Shown here in pieces: positions 1 through 12,897 of a stretch of 64,000 nucleotides of DNA. This stretch comes from Psilocybe cubensis. Its lineage: Eukaryota. Every line of letters begins with the position of its first letter. Position 1 is the stretch's first letter. Under the pieces are notes generated by a model. That model was not told the origin of the DNA and ran no database searches. It saw only the letters and a program-made list of their open reading frames with translations. A program made the position numbers and the translations under genes. The stretch lies in the NCBI GenBank assembly GCA_017499595.2, contig CM038998.1, forward strand, positions 4,340,001 to 4,404,000, in the 5' to 3' direction.

Positions 1-20
1 ACTCGCTCATAACTCCTTTA

Positions 21-1163
21 GTTAATGTAGCAATTGCTATGGCTGTCGCAGTTGCGATAGTGGTATGGGACTTGTAAGAACGTTTCGTCTGACATATAGG
101 ACAGCGATGAGCTTACATTTCGTACTCAAGCCTGTCTATGATTCCTACGGAACGTGAACTTTTCCGTGAGAAAGACAGTAAGCTATGGAGAGCTCCTCCA
201 ACATGGGCGTAAGTGTTCTCAGCACATGTTATTACTTTGAGTTTAAACTAATTAATATGGGTAGATTCATGGTTCTTCGCTATTCTGGGGTTTTCGCTCT
301 TGTTCCGGGACTTTTTTTCACATCCCTGCAAAATCAGCACTGTCAAGTGGCTGCTTCCTTAGGCGAAGTTGGAGTCGTTCTCGTCACCGGATCAGCTGGG
401 CTTATTTTTGCTTATCGTGTGTTCGCCATCTGGCGCTACAACAAGACTGTGATGGTTCTCGTATCGGTCTTGTATGTTTTCAATGTTGCCTGTTGGGTAC
501 GTCTCGTTATCAATTGAAAATTTCCAATGACTGACTGGAGGTACAGATCGCAGTTGGTTCACAGCTCCGAGCGTCCCAGGGTCCTCCGACACCTTTTGGC
601 TCTAACTGCAAGTTACACCCAGTCCCTGATTGGGATCCCCTGCCATTTGCTTCATCCGTGTTATTCGATACCACCGTGCTGCTCCTTACAATAATCAAGA
701 CCAGAGAAGACAAAATCAAGAGCTCTGCCATTGGAAATCAAATATTGCGGGACAATATCATTTACTTCGTCATTCTTTCCGTCACCAACATCGTAGTTTT
801 GGTCATAAACTGTCTTGGCCCTAAATTTGACAACATCAAGCCTGTCACTCTTCCCTATCCTACCCTGATGACTACTGCTATGGGTACCCGGTATGTTTTA
901 GGGGTACCATCAATTATCCCCGTTTATAAGCTAATATCTGGCGTAATAGCGTTTACTTGAATTTGAGGCTGTATAACAAGAGACGCCACGAGACGTCGAC
1001 TCTTCCTCAGGTCACTTCGGGCGACACCATGCGGTTCAAGACAAACGACGTACCAATACCTCTCAACTCCATGAGGAGTGCTACCATGGTAGTTCAGTCT
1101 ACCCATGTGCAAAAGGACTGGGACGATACCAAACTACACACTGTCACCACTGAGAGCCTGTGA
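21..1163 (+). CDS. Multi-pass (7TM-like, DUF6533-type) fungal membrane protein, 5'-partial, multi-exon; paralog of 17076-18509
   Basis: Spliced exons give ...AIAMAVAVAIVVWD / MIPTERELFREKDSKLWRAPPTWA / FMVLRYSGVFALVPG...; GT-AG introns at the same positions as the paralog; stop TGA at 1161-1163; first exon lies outside the window. Confidence 0.75.
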
Positions 1164-1943
1164 ACTGGTGTATACCAGTAGCGTTTGTATTTAGTCATTA
1201 TTTATTTTTACTTTGTAGCGGAAGGACTGTAATATCATATCTTTGTTGCGCTTTATTATCGCACAATGTCAGATATAACTTGTATCTGGAAGTTCCTGGG
1301 AGATGAAGCCATTATGGAGCTACGAGGCGATAATGCCAGTGAGTTGTTGCTAACCAGTCTTGCCCCCCAGGGAAAATGATATCATTTTTTGCAAACAGGC
1401 GCATCAAAACTGAACATCCAAACGACGAAGAGTATGTAGCCTAAAGGTAACCGTAAACCTCTCAGAATCGGTTAAAAGATTCCCGTGTCCCGAAGGCCAT
1501 GCGCTCCGTCATTCCGCAGCTCACCGTCTGGACAGCCGCCGTTCGTTACAGATGCATTAAATCCCGATATCAAGCTCACAGAAAAAAGTTACATGCTCTC
1601 TGGGAGCTACTATGTTTTCACGGCTGAGGCGTCAGCATTATCCAGAAACTTGAAGTCAGAATCTGATGAACAACCGATTCGGGAGTTGCCGCTTGACTTG
1701 GTGGAATGAATCTTCGTCCAATAAAATTACCAAAGATCTATAGAATTTGTCCAGGTCCTGGCGTCCATATGATGAGCGATTAGTTTATAAATTTGAATGG
1801 AGTAGACTTTACCTTTTTCCACAACGCTCGGTGTTCCGCAAGAAGCAACTTGAAAGGATGCTTGCCGTTTACGGCTGGAACTGTCCGAATCGGGGTTCGA
1901 AAATTGATTCGATTGTATCACGTGCCCTGTGGTAGGCTGCTAG

Positions 1944-4331
1944 CACGGCGGGCAAAAGTGCTGACTAGTCAGCCCGGGTGTTGGTCTGACCAGTTACGTG
2001 ACGGGTTCGTGACGGGTTCCGTGACGAATCAATTGACCAATCCATTGCACGTCGGGATTTTCCGAATGTAAAACTAACTTGTACGGAAGACTCGTATCTT
2101 GCACAGATAGTCCAAGTAACTCCAATTAGAAATTTCTCTTACATTTTGAATAAAAGATGAACTTTAAAGTTGTCTTATACATTAAGTACCAGATCAAGGT
2201 GTCAGAATGAACTCCAGTTTGAGTGTAAATCAAACTGTAAGAGAACTGGAAGAAAAAATACGAGAAGTTTTTCCAGTTAAACTGGAAGACACGCTGCAAG
2301 GTTATTAGTCAGATGATGTAGCGTAATTACCTACCCGATTTAGCTGGAAATCAGTCTTATATTTTGATTTTGGCCCTGATATTAACATATAACACGTCGG
2401 GATATTCAGAATATGAAGTTTCCACGAAGTGGGTAATCGAACATTACAAAATATTTGAAATATAATAAGGTTTTAAATGATGCAACACACTTTAAATACA
2501 AAAGAAATACATATGTTAACTAAGATTGTAGTTACATGGCAACATCCAAATCTTTAAAGAATGTTGTGATAAATTTTATACATAAAGTACATTTCAAGAA
2601 TGACTTGTATATTAAATCTGAATCATCCTCTTTGAGACCAAGATATTTTATATCAAAGTTGTCCTTGAAAGGAACTTTGTATTTTAAATCCATTGTAACT
2701 TTTGAATGCCTCGTGAATGTCGAAAAAAATTTAAAGTACAAAGGTCCTTTGTGGGCTCACTTAGACATAGCATGTTTTGCACCATCTGTTGTTCATAGAC
2801 ATTTGAAATACAATACTCCCTTACATGCTGCCACATATATTGAGTTTGTTACTACTTACAAAGGTCCTTTATATTTTAAATATACAGGAACCTAATATCA
2901 GTACTTTGTATGTTATAACATATCTCAAATATGTTGTTCCAATATATTCTGCGCCCGCTCATTGCCCATTGAGTGCCCAACAGTCGCCCACTATAACAGC
3001 CACTGCGTGCCCACCTACATCTGGCATTGAACACCATTTTGCAGGCATCAATTCTATAAACATGTTCAATGCCCGCAAAAGAGATCTAGGTGGGCACGCA
3101 GTGGCTGTTATAGTGGGCGACTGTTGGGCACTCAATGGGCAATGAGCGGGCGCAGAATATATTGGAACAACATATTTGAGATATGTTATAACATACAAAG
3201 TACTGATATTAGGTTCCTGTATATTTAAAATATAAAGGACCTTTGTAAGTAGTAACAAACTCAATATATGTGGCAGCATGTAAGGGAGTATTGTATTTCA
3301 AATGTCTATGAACAACAGATGGTGCAAAACATGCTATGTCTAAGTGAGCCCACAAAGGACCTTTGTACTTTAAATTTTTTTCGACATTCATGAGGCATTC
3401 AAAAGTTACAATGGATTTAAAATACAAAGTTCCTTTCAAGGACAACTTTGATATAAAATATCTTGGTCTCAAAGAGGATGATTCAGATTTAATATACAAG
3501 TCATTCTTGAAATGTACTTTATGTATAAAATTTATCACAACATTCTTTAAAGATTTGGATGTTGCCATGTAACTACAATCTTAGTTAACATATGTATTTC
3601 TTTTGTATTTAAAGTGTGTTGCATCATTTAAAACCTTATTATATTTCAAATATTTTGTAACGTTCGATTACCCACTTCGTGGGAACTTCATATTCTGAAT
3701 ATCCCGACGTGTTATATGTTAATATCAGGGCCAAAATCAAAATATAAGACTGATTTCCAGCTAAATCGGGTAGGTAATTACGCTACATCATCTGACTAAT
3801 AACCTTGCAGCGTGTCTTCCAGTTTAACTGGAAAAACTTCTCGTATTTTTTCTTCCAGTTCTCTTACAGTTTGATTTACACTCAAACTGGAGTTCATTCT
3901 GACACCTTGATCTGGTACTTAATGTATAAGACAACTTTAAAGTTCATCTTTTATTCAAAATGTAAGAGAAATTTCTACTTGGAGTTCTACTTGGACTATC
4001 TGTGCAAGATACGAGTCTTCCGTACAAGTTAGTTTTACATTCGGAAAATCCCGACGTGTTGACTAGTCAGAAGAGGTCACAAAGATGTTGTCACGCTGAA
4101 CGATTTATTTCGCGCAGTTACCATTCAATCTTATTTCGATAAACTCATTTACCAATACTAACCAGAACCCATTCACCAATAAGTACTAACTAGTGTGACA
4201 ACGTCTGTGTGACATATTCTGACTGGTCAATGGACTGGTCAGTTGATTCGTCACGGAACCCGTCACGAACCCGTCATGTAACTGGTCAGACCAACACCAG
4301 GGCTGACTAGTCAGCACTTTTGCCCGCCGTG
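1944..4331. mobile_element. Non-autonomous TIR element (CAC...GTG termini, CMC/CACTA-like), ~370 bp host MITE interrupted by a nested insertion
   Basis: Left end CACGGCGGGCAAAAGTGCTGACTAGTCAGCCC at 1944, reverse complement ending at 4331; 3-bp TSD TAG at 1941-1943 and 4332-4334; left TIR resumes at 4062 after the insert. Confidence 0.9.
2048..4058. mobile_element. Fold-back (long-TIR) non-autonomous element nested in the 1944-4331 MITE
   Basis: Arms ~2048-3017 and ~3087-4058 are near-perfect reverse complements; termini CACGTCGGGATTTT / AAAATCCCGACGTG; 3-bp TSD TTG at 2045-2047 and 4059-4061; mirrored ORFs in the track. Confidence 0.93.
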
Positions 4332-4515
4332 TAGCTATGGCAGGCGCGTCTTTCTCTCCGATCTCGCAAACATAGACAAGAGCCTCAACGCGCATGGCGC
4401 AATTACTGCAGAGAAACACTGCGCGCTTTATTGGCGAAAGTGTCACAATATGATGTCGGATACAAGTGGAATTAAAGTTACATTTAATATTATACAGATT
4501 GTTGCATCTCATAAG

Positions 4516-7500
4516 TTAAACAATTCCCAACTTCTTTGCCTCCTCCCATTCTTTAGGATACATCTTCTGTGCTGCAGCCGGAAACAAGCTCAGTCTGGCA
4601 TATCCGCTACGTATTAAAGGATCCTCTATGGCCATGAGGGCTTGAACCTTGCTGTTCGGAGCAACGTGAACCTTGACCAAGGATGGGTTGTCAAACTGAG
4701 GCAAGGGAACGACAGGCTTCTCCAGTTTGGTTGTGAGAACGTAGGGAATAGTGTAGCGGTCGTTATCAATCTTGAGCGTATTTACTCGATGAGTGGTGGC
4801 AACGAGCTTCCCACCAGTAAGGCGCATAAATTGCATTCCTTGAAGAATTTGATCAGCACAAGATTGAAACACCAAAAACTTCCATACATACCAACGTTGC
4901 ACACAACGCCTCCTTCGACCATCGGTATATCAATCCATTGACCACTATGATTTTGAACCTGAAGACCCGGCCTTGATTGTATCAAGCACGTCAGGAACGT
5001 GGAAGGATCGCGATGCTCGTGCATTCCGTTGACAAAGCCCTCGCGTTCCGAAGCTTTCATCTCCGGCGTGAGGGGTAGATAGTGCCAAAGAGCGGCATTA
5101 AATTCATGTGGGGAAGGGAAATAGTCGTCAATGACAGAGTAGGGTACTTCCAATAAGGCAGCAATGTGCTTGTTTAGATCCACATTTAGAACACGATAGC
5201 GCTCGAAGAGGGCTTCAAGTTTCGCACGGAAGCCAGGAAGATCAGCGTCCTTGGGCCATTGATTTGGACCTGAATATATTTTTAGTGACTGACTAAACTA
5301 AACTTCGGTTTTGAAAAACACATACCCTCGTGAATGCGGAGCCAGAAAGGCACATCTGGACTGTCGTGTGCTGGTCGCTCAGCGCCGAAGCGATAGGCCT
5401 CAGCATAAGCCTGGAACACAATATGAGAAGTATGAAAAATGAACGAGTGATATCGAATACAACCTTATGAGGTCCCTCAATCTTATCACATCGGAAATGT
5501 CCGCGCAGAGAGGGAGAATTATCAGTAGCAAGAGAGGCCTTCCATTCTTCTGGTTGTTGGAAGAATTGCGCAGCGAGCTGGAGAACTTCGTCCTGGAAGC
5601 TCTGCTCGAATCCTGGTACGTTAACAAAAATGCCAAATCCTACATCCTCCAGGGCAAACTTCAGTTGCTTGAAGTAGTCCGTAGGATTTGATCTGGAGAG
5701 GGAAAAATCAATGATTGGAACAGAGTCAAAATTCTGTCGGGAAGGTAGTGCAGGAGCGGGAGGAGGAAGTTGCAGAAGCTCGGCACGATGAAGAGCGTCC
5801 CTCATCTTAGCGGCGAAGGACTCGACATGGATTTCTGAAATCATAGTATAGTGCTCGCCATCGACGTCAATCATCTCGAAGTTTTTGCCAGAGTAATCTT
5901 TCCATTTGGAAAGTCGATCACGCTTATATTCCTCTCTTGTTCCCATCGAGGGAAGAGGAATGGCGCAAAACACGGTGGTCAAGGCACTCTCGACACAACC
6001 GGAAGGTACATACGTTCGTCCTGCGTCAATATAAGAAAGTATCAAAAAATTCAGCGAGTAATCACCCACCCGTGAAGGAAACATCATATGCGACATTGAC
6101 CCAGCGATGGAAGTACTCGATGGGCATGTTGAGCTCTGCCAACCTTTCCTGGTTGCAGTGCGCAAAGGTCCACTCAATCAGTTGCCTTGAGTTGGCAGGT
6201 TCCAAGTCTGAGTCACCACCAGGATTCTGAAGAAGAAGAGCAGTTTTGAAGTGCTCGAAGTCTTCTGACCGGATGAGGGCCAGGAACATTGAGAGATTAA
6301 GGCTAATGAAAACAGTTAGTCGACTGTCATATCGTATAAGGATTGTAACAACTTACAGTGTTTCAACCCAAACCAATTCCTTTACTCGGAACTGAATAAA
6401 AGGCGGTAGGTTCATCACACCGAGCCATGGTACAACCTTGCCCCTCTTCTCCAAAAGCTTGCCTATTTCAAACGCGATACCTGCACCGAAGCTATATCCT
6501 GCAAGGTAGTACGGGCCTGAGGGATTGTTTTTGACGATGGCATCAGCGTATATGTCGACCATCTCTTGCATAGACGACGGAGGTGTCTCCCCGGCTTCGA
6601 ATCCCCTTGCACGCAAGGCATAGACTGGTCGATCATCGTTGAGGATACGAGCCAGATTTATGAAGATGAGAACTTCCCCGACACCAGGGTGAACAAGGTA
6701 AATGGGTGGCTTTGAGCCCTGAGGGTTCAGGCAAAGAAGAGGGTTGTACGGGGCTTGATGATCATTGCCTTGGTTAACCAATTGCTGAACGTAGGTAGAA
6801 ATCTCAGAGACGATAGGACGTTGTAGGAGTTCGATAGTAGGAATATTAACGATACCAAAATGGTCCTGTAGGAACGTCTTGAGACGTATGAGATGCATGG
6901 AAGAAGCGCCCATATCAAAGATATTTTGGGACAGATTGACAGTTTCCAGTTCGACCTCAAAGACAATCGAAACGCCTTCGCAAACAACCTTTTCCAACTC
7001 AGATTGAGGAGCAGATGATGCGGCACGTGCTTCCTGTCGTCTAGCTGAAGCTTCACCGATACGCTTTTCGATGACGGCAAATTTGTTGTCACCGTACGCC
7101 TTGGCTAGCGTGATACGAGATACCTTGCCCAAAGCAGTCTTGAAGAAGAAGTTTCGAGGGAGAGGTAGAATGACATGTGGAGCTTGAGAACAGAATGCAG
7201 CGCATAGATTTCGAATGCGTTGATTGGTATCAAGAACAGACTCAAGTTGTTCGTCTGTCAACGAGGTGATAGTGTCTTCCTCGATAGAAACGCCGTTATG
7301 TTGGTAGAAGATTGTATACGTCTCGGTATCCGCTCCCGGTAGCCTAAGAGCGCATGCGAAGATACACGAAATTTCCACGTTGTCGATATTTGAGTCGGCG
7401 ATGTAGTGTTCGATGTCCACGCATGGGTGTTTAACTCCGTTGACGTTGATAACATCCTTGTGTCGGCCGAGCATGTGAACGTTCCCATCATCGTCGATGA

Positions 7501-8947
7501 GTGCCAAATCTCCAGTGATAAACCATCCATCCGATGTGAACGATTCATTAGTAGCCGTTGGATTGGAGTAGTACTGCGTGAAAATAGCAGGCCCGGACAT
7601 CTGAAGTTGGCCAACCACTCCCTGAGGACAGGGAAGCGATGTAACCGGGTCCATAACCCGAACGTTGCCGCCGACATGAGAGGTTCCGATGGAAAGATAT
7701 GTTGCGCCTTTGTAGTCAGCAACGTTCTTCAAAATCGGAAGGTTGTTGTAGATAATACCGGCCTGCGATGACTGTCAGTATTGTTTCAAAGGAAATAAAT
7801 ATAGAAGAAACGTACGCCAGTTTCAGTCATCCCAAACGCGGCCCTCAGAGTTGTTCGAGGGGCACCGAAGCGTTCAATGATATCGCTGAATTCGACAGCG
7901 GTGGTAACAGGATTGGCCTCTCCTCCAGTTACCATAACCCTGAGCGCTGATAGGTCTGGGCCTGGCTGCCCAGCTGACTCTATAGAGGCAGCACTAAGAG
8001 TAGCATCGCGGCAGATTTGGGCTAACAGAAAGTTTGGACTGAAAGTGTGAGTGACGTGGTACCTGGAACACCAGTCAAGAAGGTTTCTTGGCTTGCGAAT
8101 GATCGCGGAAGGGTTGACTTGATATTGACTATGAATTGATACGTTAGTCATATCATATAAAACCATCTACAAGATATCGCTTACGATGCGCCCGCCCAGA
8201 TGGCGTGCAGGTGGGCTTCCGTGACATTGGCGACATGGTCGAAATTAATCCAGTTGAGGAAGATGTCGCTGTCCTTGGTACCGTGTTTCAAGGCCTTCCC
8301 TCTGATGGCAGCCAGAACCATAGAATGTGGTAGCATCACACCCTTGGAGTTCCCAGTGGATCCAGATGTAAGCATAAGTGCAACTATCTCGTTGGCTGAT
8401 GAAGTGCGGGTAGGATATATCTGGGCGTCGAGAGACGCGTCGAAGGATGTCATATTTAGAATAAGCTCGACGTCAATGGTACGAGACTCCGGAACCAGCC
8501 TCTGGACAACTTCGAGAGCGGCAGCATCAGAGATAAAGGTGGGACTTCCGAAGAGATTCTGGAGATGATTGAGAAGGAGGGATTGACGACTTTCATCAGG
8601 GTGGAATGGAGGCAGAGGGCAGTATGGGATGCCAGCTGCAGTCGTGTATACTCCTTAAGTTGGGACTAGAGCAGACAAAGACAGGACTTACCGAAAGCGC
8701 ATCCCCAGAACACGAGGATGTGCAACCGTTGGTCGTCGAACTTGGAAACGACGATGTCTTTACCACCGCCTCGAAGGCCTGAAGAAAGTAGTGCCCTCGC
8801 AATGCGCTGGGCAGAGTCAACGAGTTGTTGAAAGGTGTAGGAGCATGTAACATCTCCAGATTCGCCAAGAAAATTAATGGTACTGGAGGATGTTTTGGCG
8901 CGGAGAGCGAGAAGCTCAGTAATAGTTGTGGGCCCTGTTGATTCCAT
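4516..8947 (-). CDS. NRPS-like quinone synthetase-type enzyme A-T-TE with fused C-terminal 2OG-Fe(II) dioxygenase (PpaA1-like architecture), multi-exon
   Basis: A domain: LMLTSGSTGNSKG, LNWINFDHVANVTEAH, GMTETG, GWFITGDL, TALGKVSR. T domain: FDMGASSMHL. TE: VHPGVGE, GYSFG, GEHYTM. Dioxygenase: VPIIDFS..GFG, HEHRD, GLQV, TTHRV, DRYT. TE and DIOX_N lie in one uninterrupted ORF (5293-6177 track). Confidence 0.9.
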
Positions 8948-9737
8948 GTTTGGAGCTGCAAAAGCAGAGTCGCGGTCTGAGGTTCATTCTTTTAAAACGC
9001 GAGGGCTTTAAATGATTCATCAAACGGATCGGTTACTTTTCTTTGATGACGACCAGAAAATCTTATCTGGCAGTGATGAGTGAAAGCTGAGCGGACCCTG
9101 TACGCCCTGGCCAGCCGCCCTGATGTCCCAAAATACATGTGGGCGAGATGGAAAAGGATGGGAAGTCGTAAAAAAGTCTTGAGAGTACCGTACGCGCGAT
9201 TTGCGACCTAATTCAAATCAACATCAAACACCATCTCAAACACGGAAACAGCTGGAAACGGTTCACAGTTACCCAATTTGTAGACGTTTTGCAAGCAAAT
9301 TTATGTGCACGATCGTATTGATGGGTTCGGCTGGGGGGACGGCAGTCGGTAATCCGATTTGGCCGCGCTTAAGCTGCATCAAATGTTACATTGGTGCATT
9401 GCCTACAACATCCGCATATTTTTCCCAAGGACCCTCACCATGATCGATTGTGTCGCCAGATAGGCTCAGTTGAGTCGGGCCCGACACAGCTTGGGAACGT
9501 GCTGACTTATTTGCTCAACACAAGCGCTGACAGAGAGGGCGCCCGAATGCAAGTATACGTTGTGCCTGGGTTTTCCAAGTACACGATATTGATTTTATCA
9601 CCTCAATTCGGATATGAATATTGCGGATATGCAGCGAGTCGTAGGTGCAATGACCAGCCTTTGATGTTAGTTTAGTAATTCCCTATTGAAATTGCACCCT
9701 TGATATCAAAAAATTCTTTTGATTTCCACCCACCACA
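8948..9737. promoter_or_regulatory. Divergent (putative bidirectional) intergenic promoter region between synthetase and O-methyltransferase
   Basis: Head-to-head starts ~790 bp apart; no specific binding site established. Confidence 0.4.
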
Positions 9738-11419
9738 ATGTCTCCCATCGACCTCGTAAACGATCTTCAGAAACTTGTTGTTTCCACGTTTTCCGGCGAG
9801 GTTACCGACCCGTTCGAAGTGTACAAGGCAAAGCACAAAATCTCCGATCTTTGTCTTGCACTTTTGCGATCTGTCCAAGGCCCTGAAGAGTATACGGCCA
9901 TCTTAGCTGGTACGATAGCACAGAGCATCACAACTGATAGGCGCTGATTGTTGCCAACAATGATTCTGTATAGAATCATGTCAAGAGTCCTCCGCTTTGA
10001 ACGTTATCACGTCTCTGAACGTAGCAGACCACATCGCTGAATCTCCAAATGGTCAGCTGAGCTTGACAGAACTCAGTAAGAAAGTCAAGGCAGATGAGCA
10101 ATACCTTAGTGAGTATCTATAACTGCTTTCAGTATGTTTCTCATGGCGTTCTCATTCGACAGGTGTTATGTTGAGCTCGCTTGCGTATCACGGCTATTTC
10201 GTTGAAGTTGGGGGCTTCGGCTCTCAGGTGTACGCCAATAACGAATTCAGCAACATTCTCCTTTCAGAAACCACACACGCCAAAGATGGAAAAAGCATGA
10301 AGGATGCAGTCGGCCTGGCGTAAGCATGCAGCTTAATATAACCTTCCTACTAAGGTTGTTGAGAATCCTGAAGTGCAGACGATGGAGCGAAGTCCACCAC
10401 TCGTCTATTGGAAGCTGCCACAGGGAAAGGAAAGGAAAGCTCAAAAACAGCAGCCAACATTGCGTTCGGTTTCGATGGCAGCGTATTCCAGTGGATGTCC
10501 TCTCCAGGGAATGAATGGCGAGGAAAGAGGACTGCAAAGGCAATGGTCCAACTTCACGGAATGGCTAATGGAGAGATAGGCGAAGGTATGTCCGTAACTT
10601 TTTGCTTTGCGTACTGGTTGTAACGGTAGGGTGTAGATTATTCCTGGGAGAAGCTCGCGACGCCAATTATCGATATTGGAGGGGGCATCGGATCCTTTGA
10701 AGGAGTAGTGCTTTCTGCTCCCAAAAACAGAGACTTGACCTTCAAGATTTTTGATATCGAAAAGACAGTGGAACACGCGAAGAAAGTAAGTGTTTCGGGT
10801 ATTTTTCTGCGATTTTCTGAACACTAGTTCCCGAATGTCAGGTATGGAGCGGAAAGCCACAGTGGATGCAGGAACGTGTGTCGTTTATCGCAGGCGATTT
10901 CATGCAGTCCTCTCCCGCCGACAGTAAGATCCCCACCCCCGCTGAAGGCGCAGGCACCTACGTGATCCGTCATGTCCTGCACGATTGGAACGATGACCAG
11001 GTATGTGATTCTCCTTGCTCCGCGTGAGGGGACACAGTTTACAACATACACACATCCACAGGTCGTCACCATCCTTACACACGTTCGGAACGCTATGCTC
11101 GGATCACCGCCGCCAACCACGTCGACCCCACCGCCTAGACTTCTCCTCGTCGAGATGATGCTAACTGAGACCTCGTCGCGTTTCACGAGAACGACTTCAT
11201 TACAGCTGCTTTCCTTGAGCGGCGGCGTGACACGCACAGAAGGTATGTCTGTCCTTTCCACATTCACTGCAACAAGATGCTGATCGCCCCGCTCGTGTCT
11301 CGCGCCTTTCCCCAGTCCAATTCCGCAAGCTTATCGCTCAAGCAGGGTTCATTGTCGAGAATGTCACCGCAGTCAGGGGCGTAGATCTGATTGTTGAATT
11401 GAAGCCGACGCCACTTTAA
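9738..11419 (+). CDS. SAM-dependent O-methyltransferase (Methyltransf_2 / COMT-like fungal family), multi-exon
   Basis: YPWEKLATPIIDIGGGIGS (motif I), KIFDIEKTVEHA, IAGDFM, YVIRHVLHDWNDD, LLLVEM; last exon ...DLIVELKPTPL*, TAA at 11417-11419. Confidence 0.9.
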
Positions 11420-12444
11420 ATGACCTGTTATGTCGCCTGTACAGTACTTCATATGATCTTCAATCCCATTAAAATAATAAAAACCCCATCGGCCCCCGAA
11501 ATGGGAAACGAACATGACCCGAGAGGAGTCAAGACCATTGGCGTTGACTGCTATTTAGCCCGACACGTCGATATGTTGCCTTATGTTGCTTTGTAGGTGG
11601 AGTATAAAGTGCGATGCCCGTGTTGCCCACACGGAACCTCGACGCGGTCAGATGGACGCGCCTTGACTGACTTTAATTACGCGCCGCATCGGCTTCCGGT
11701 ATCAAGCGGTTGGAATCGTCGCGTATTGAATAATTAAATTTGAAGGATAGGGGAGAGTTGAATTTGGTGAAACAACTGTTGATAGGTATCGCCAATACGT
11801 CAGGTAATCGCGATAATGGGTTGAATTGCCGTGACGAAGCCCAAATCATGCATTCCACATTGAACCTTTTGGTTAGACTGAATCGGCATCTAAACCATAA
11901 CCATCCCACTTGCAACAGAAGCATGAAATATTACCCAGTAAGATTGCGGCGAAGGGCACTGGCAGGGTCGTCATATATGGCGCATATATTTGACAACGCT
12001 GAGAGAACTCGGGGAGCCCATGCCATGGCGCGACATCCCAGTAACCGCGATAACCGTGAAATGAAGTCTTCGACAAAAAACGCGAACCTGAAATTACCCT
12101 TCCGACGCCGCTTTGAAGTCTTGCAAAACGTAAAGAAAATTCAAACCCGCCAGACCACCCAATGCTCGGGTATATATCGTGACCAAATCCTCGCCGTTTT
12201 CTTCAATAGTAGACATCGCTAAAAGACTATCATTTGATTAAGAAACAGTTGAACGTGCGATAAAACTAACTGTTACGGGACGAACATTCACCGTTATGTC
12301 GGCGTGTTTGGATGAGGCCCTTTGACAAGTCCATATTTGTGAAGAGCCGCACCACGTATGGTCCCTCTAATCCTCCGAGCGCGCCAGAACATGAGAGAAT
12401 ACAACTCCTTGGTCATACACAGTCGGTGTTCGGGAATCATAGCC

Positions 12445-12897
12445 TAAGGCTCCAACCGTTTCGTTTGTTTATCGTTTGTAAACGGTATATACCATTTACC
12501 GTTTCGTTTAGTTTATGAGCCTTGCTAAACAGTTTACAAACGTTTATAAACGGTTCAAACGGTAACAGATTTTTGTGCTAAAGTATATCTCTTTTTTGGA
12601 CAATATTGGGTGCGTATTACATCAAATGATTCATCTTTTATTCTTTACACCAAACTAACTCATTTGCACTCTTTTTTTGGTCCCATTTTTGTACCAATTA
12701 GGTGCCGACTATTATCTTCCTTGGCAAATCGGCCGCATTAGGACAAATGATGCGTTGAACGCTGTTGAACGCCTGCCCTTGTAGCCACCCTCGAGCTTAC
12801 TGTTTACAAACGTTTATAAACGTTTGTAAACTGTTTATTACCGTTTCCGTTTAGTTTGTAATAAAATTTAAACGGAAACTAAACGGTTGGAGCCTTA
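12445..12897. mobile_element. hAT-type MITE (453 bp)
   Basis: TIR TAAGGCTCCAACCGTTT / AAACGGTTGGAGCCTTA; 8-bp TSD TCATAGCC at 12437-12444 and 12898-12905; many subterminal AAACG/CGTTT repeats. Confidence 0.92.

Noticed and set aside
2532-3572. Mirrored ORF pairs (119, 106 and 69 aa) on both strands
   Set aside because: By-products of the palindromic fold-back; AT-rich and without recognisable protein motifs
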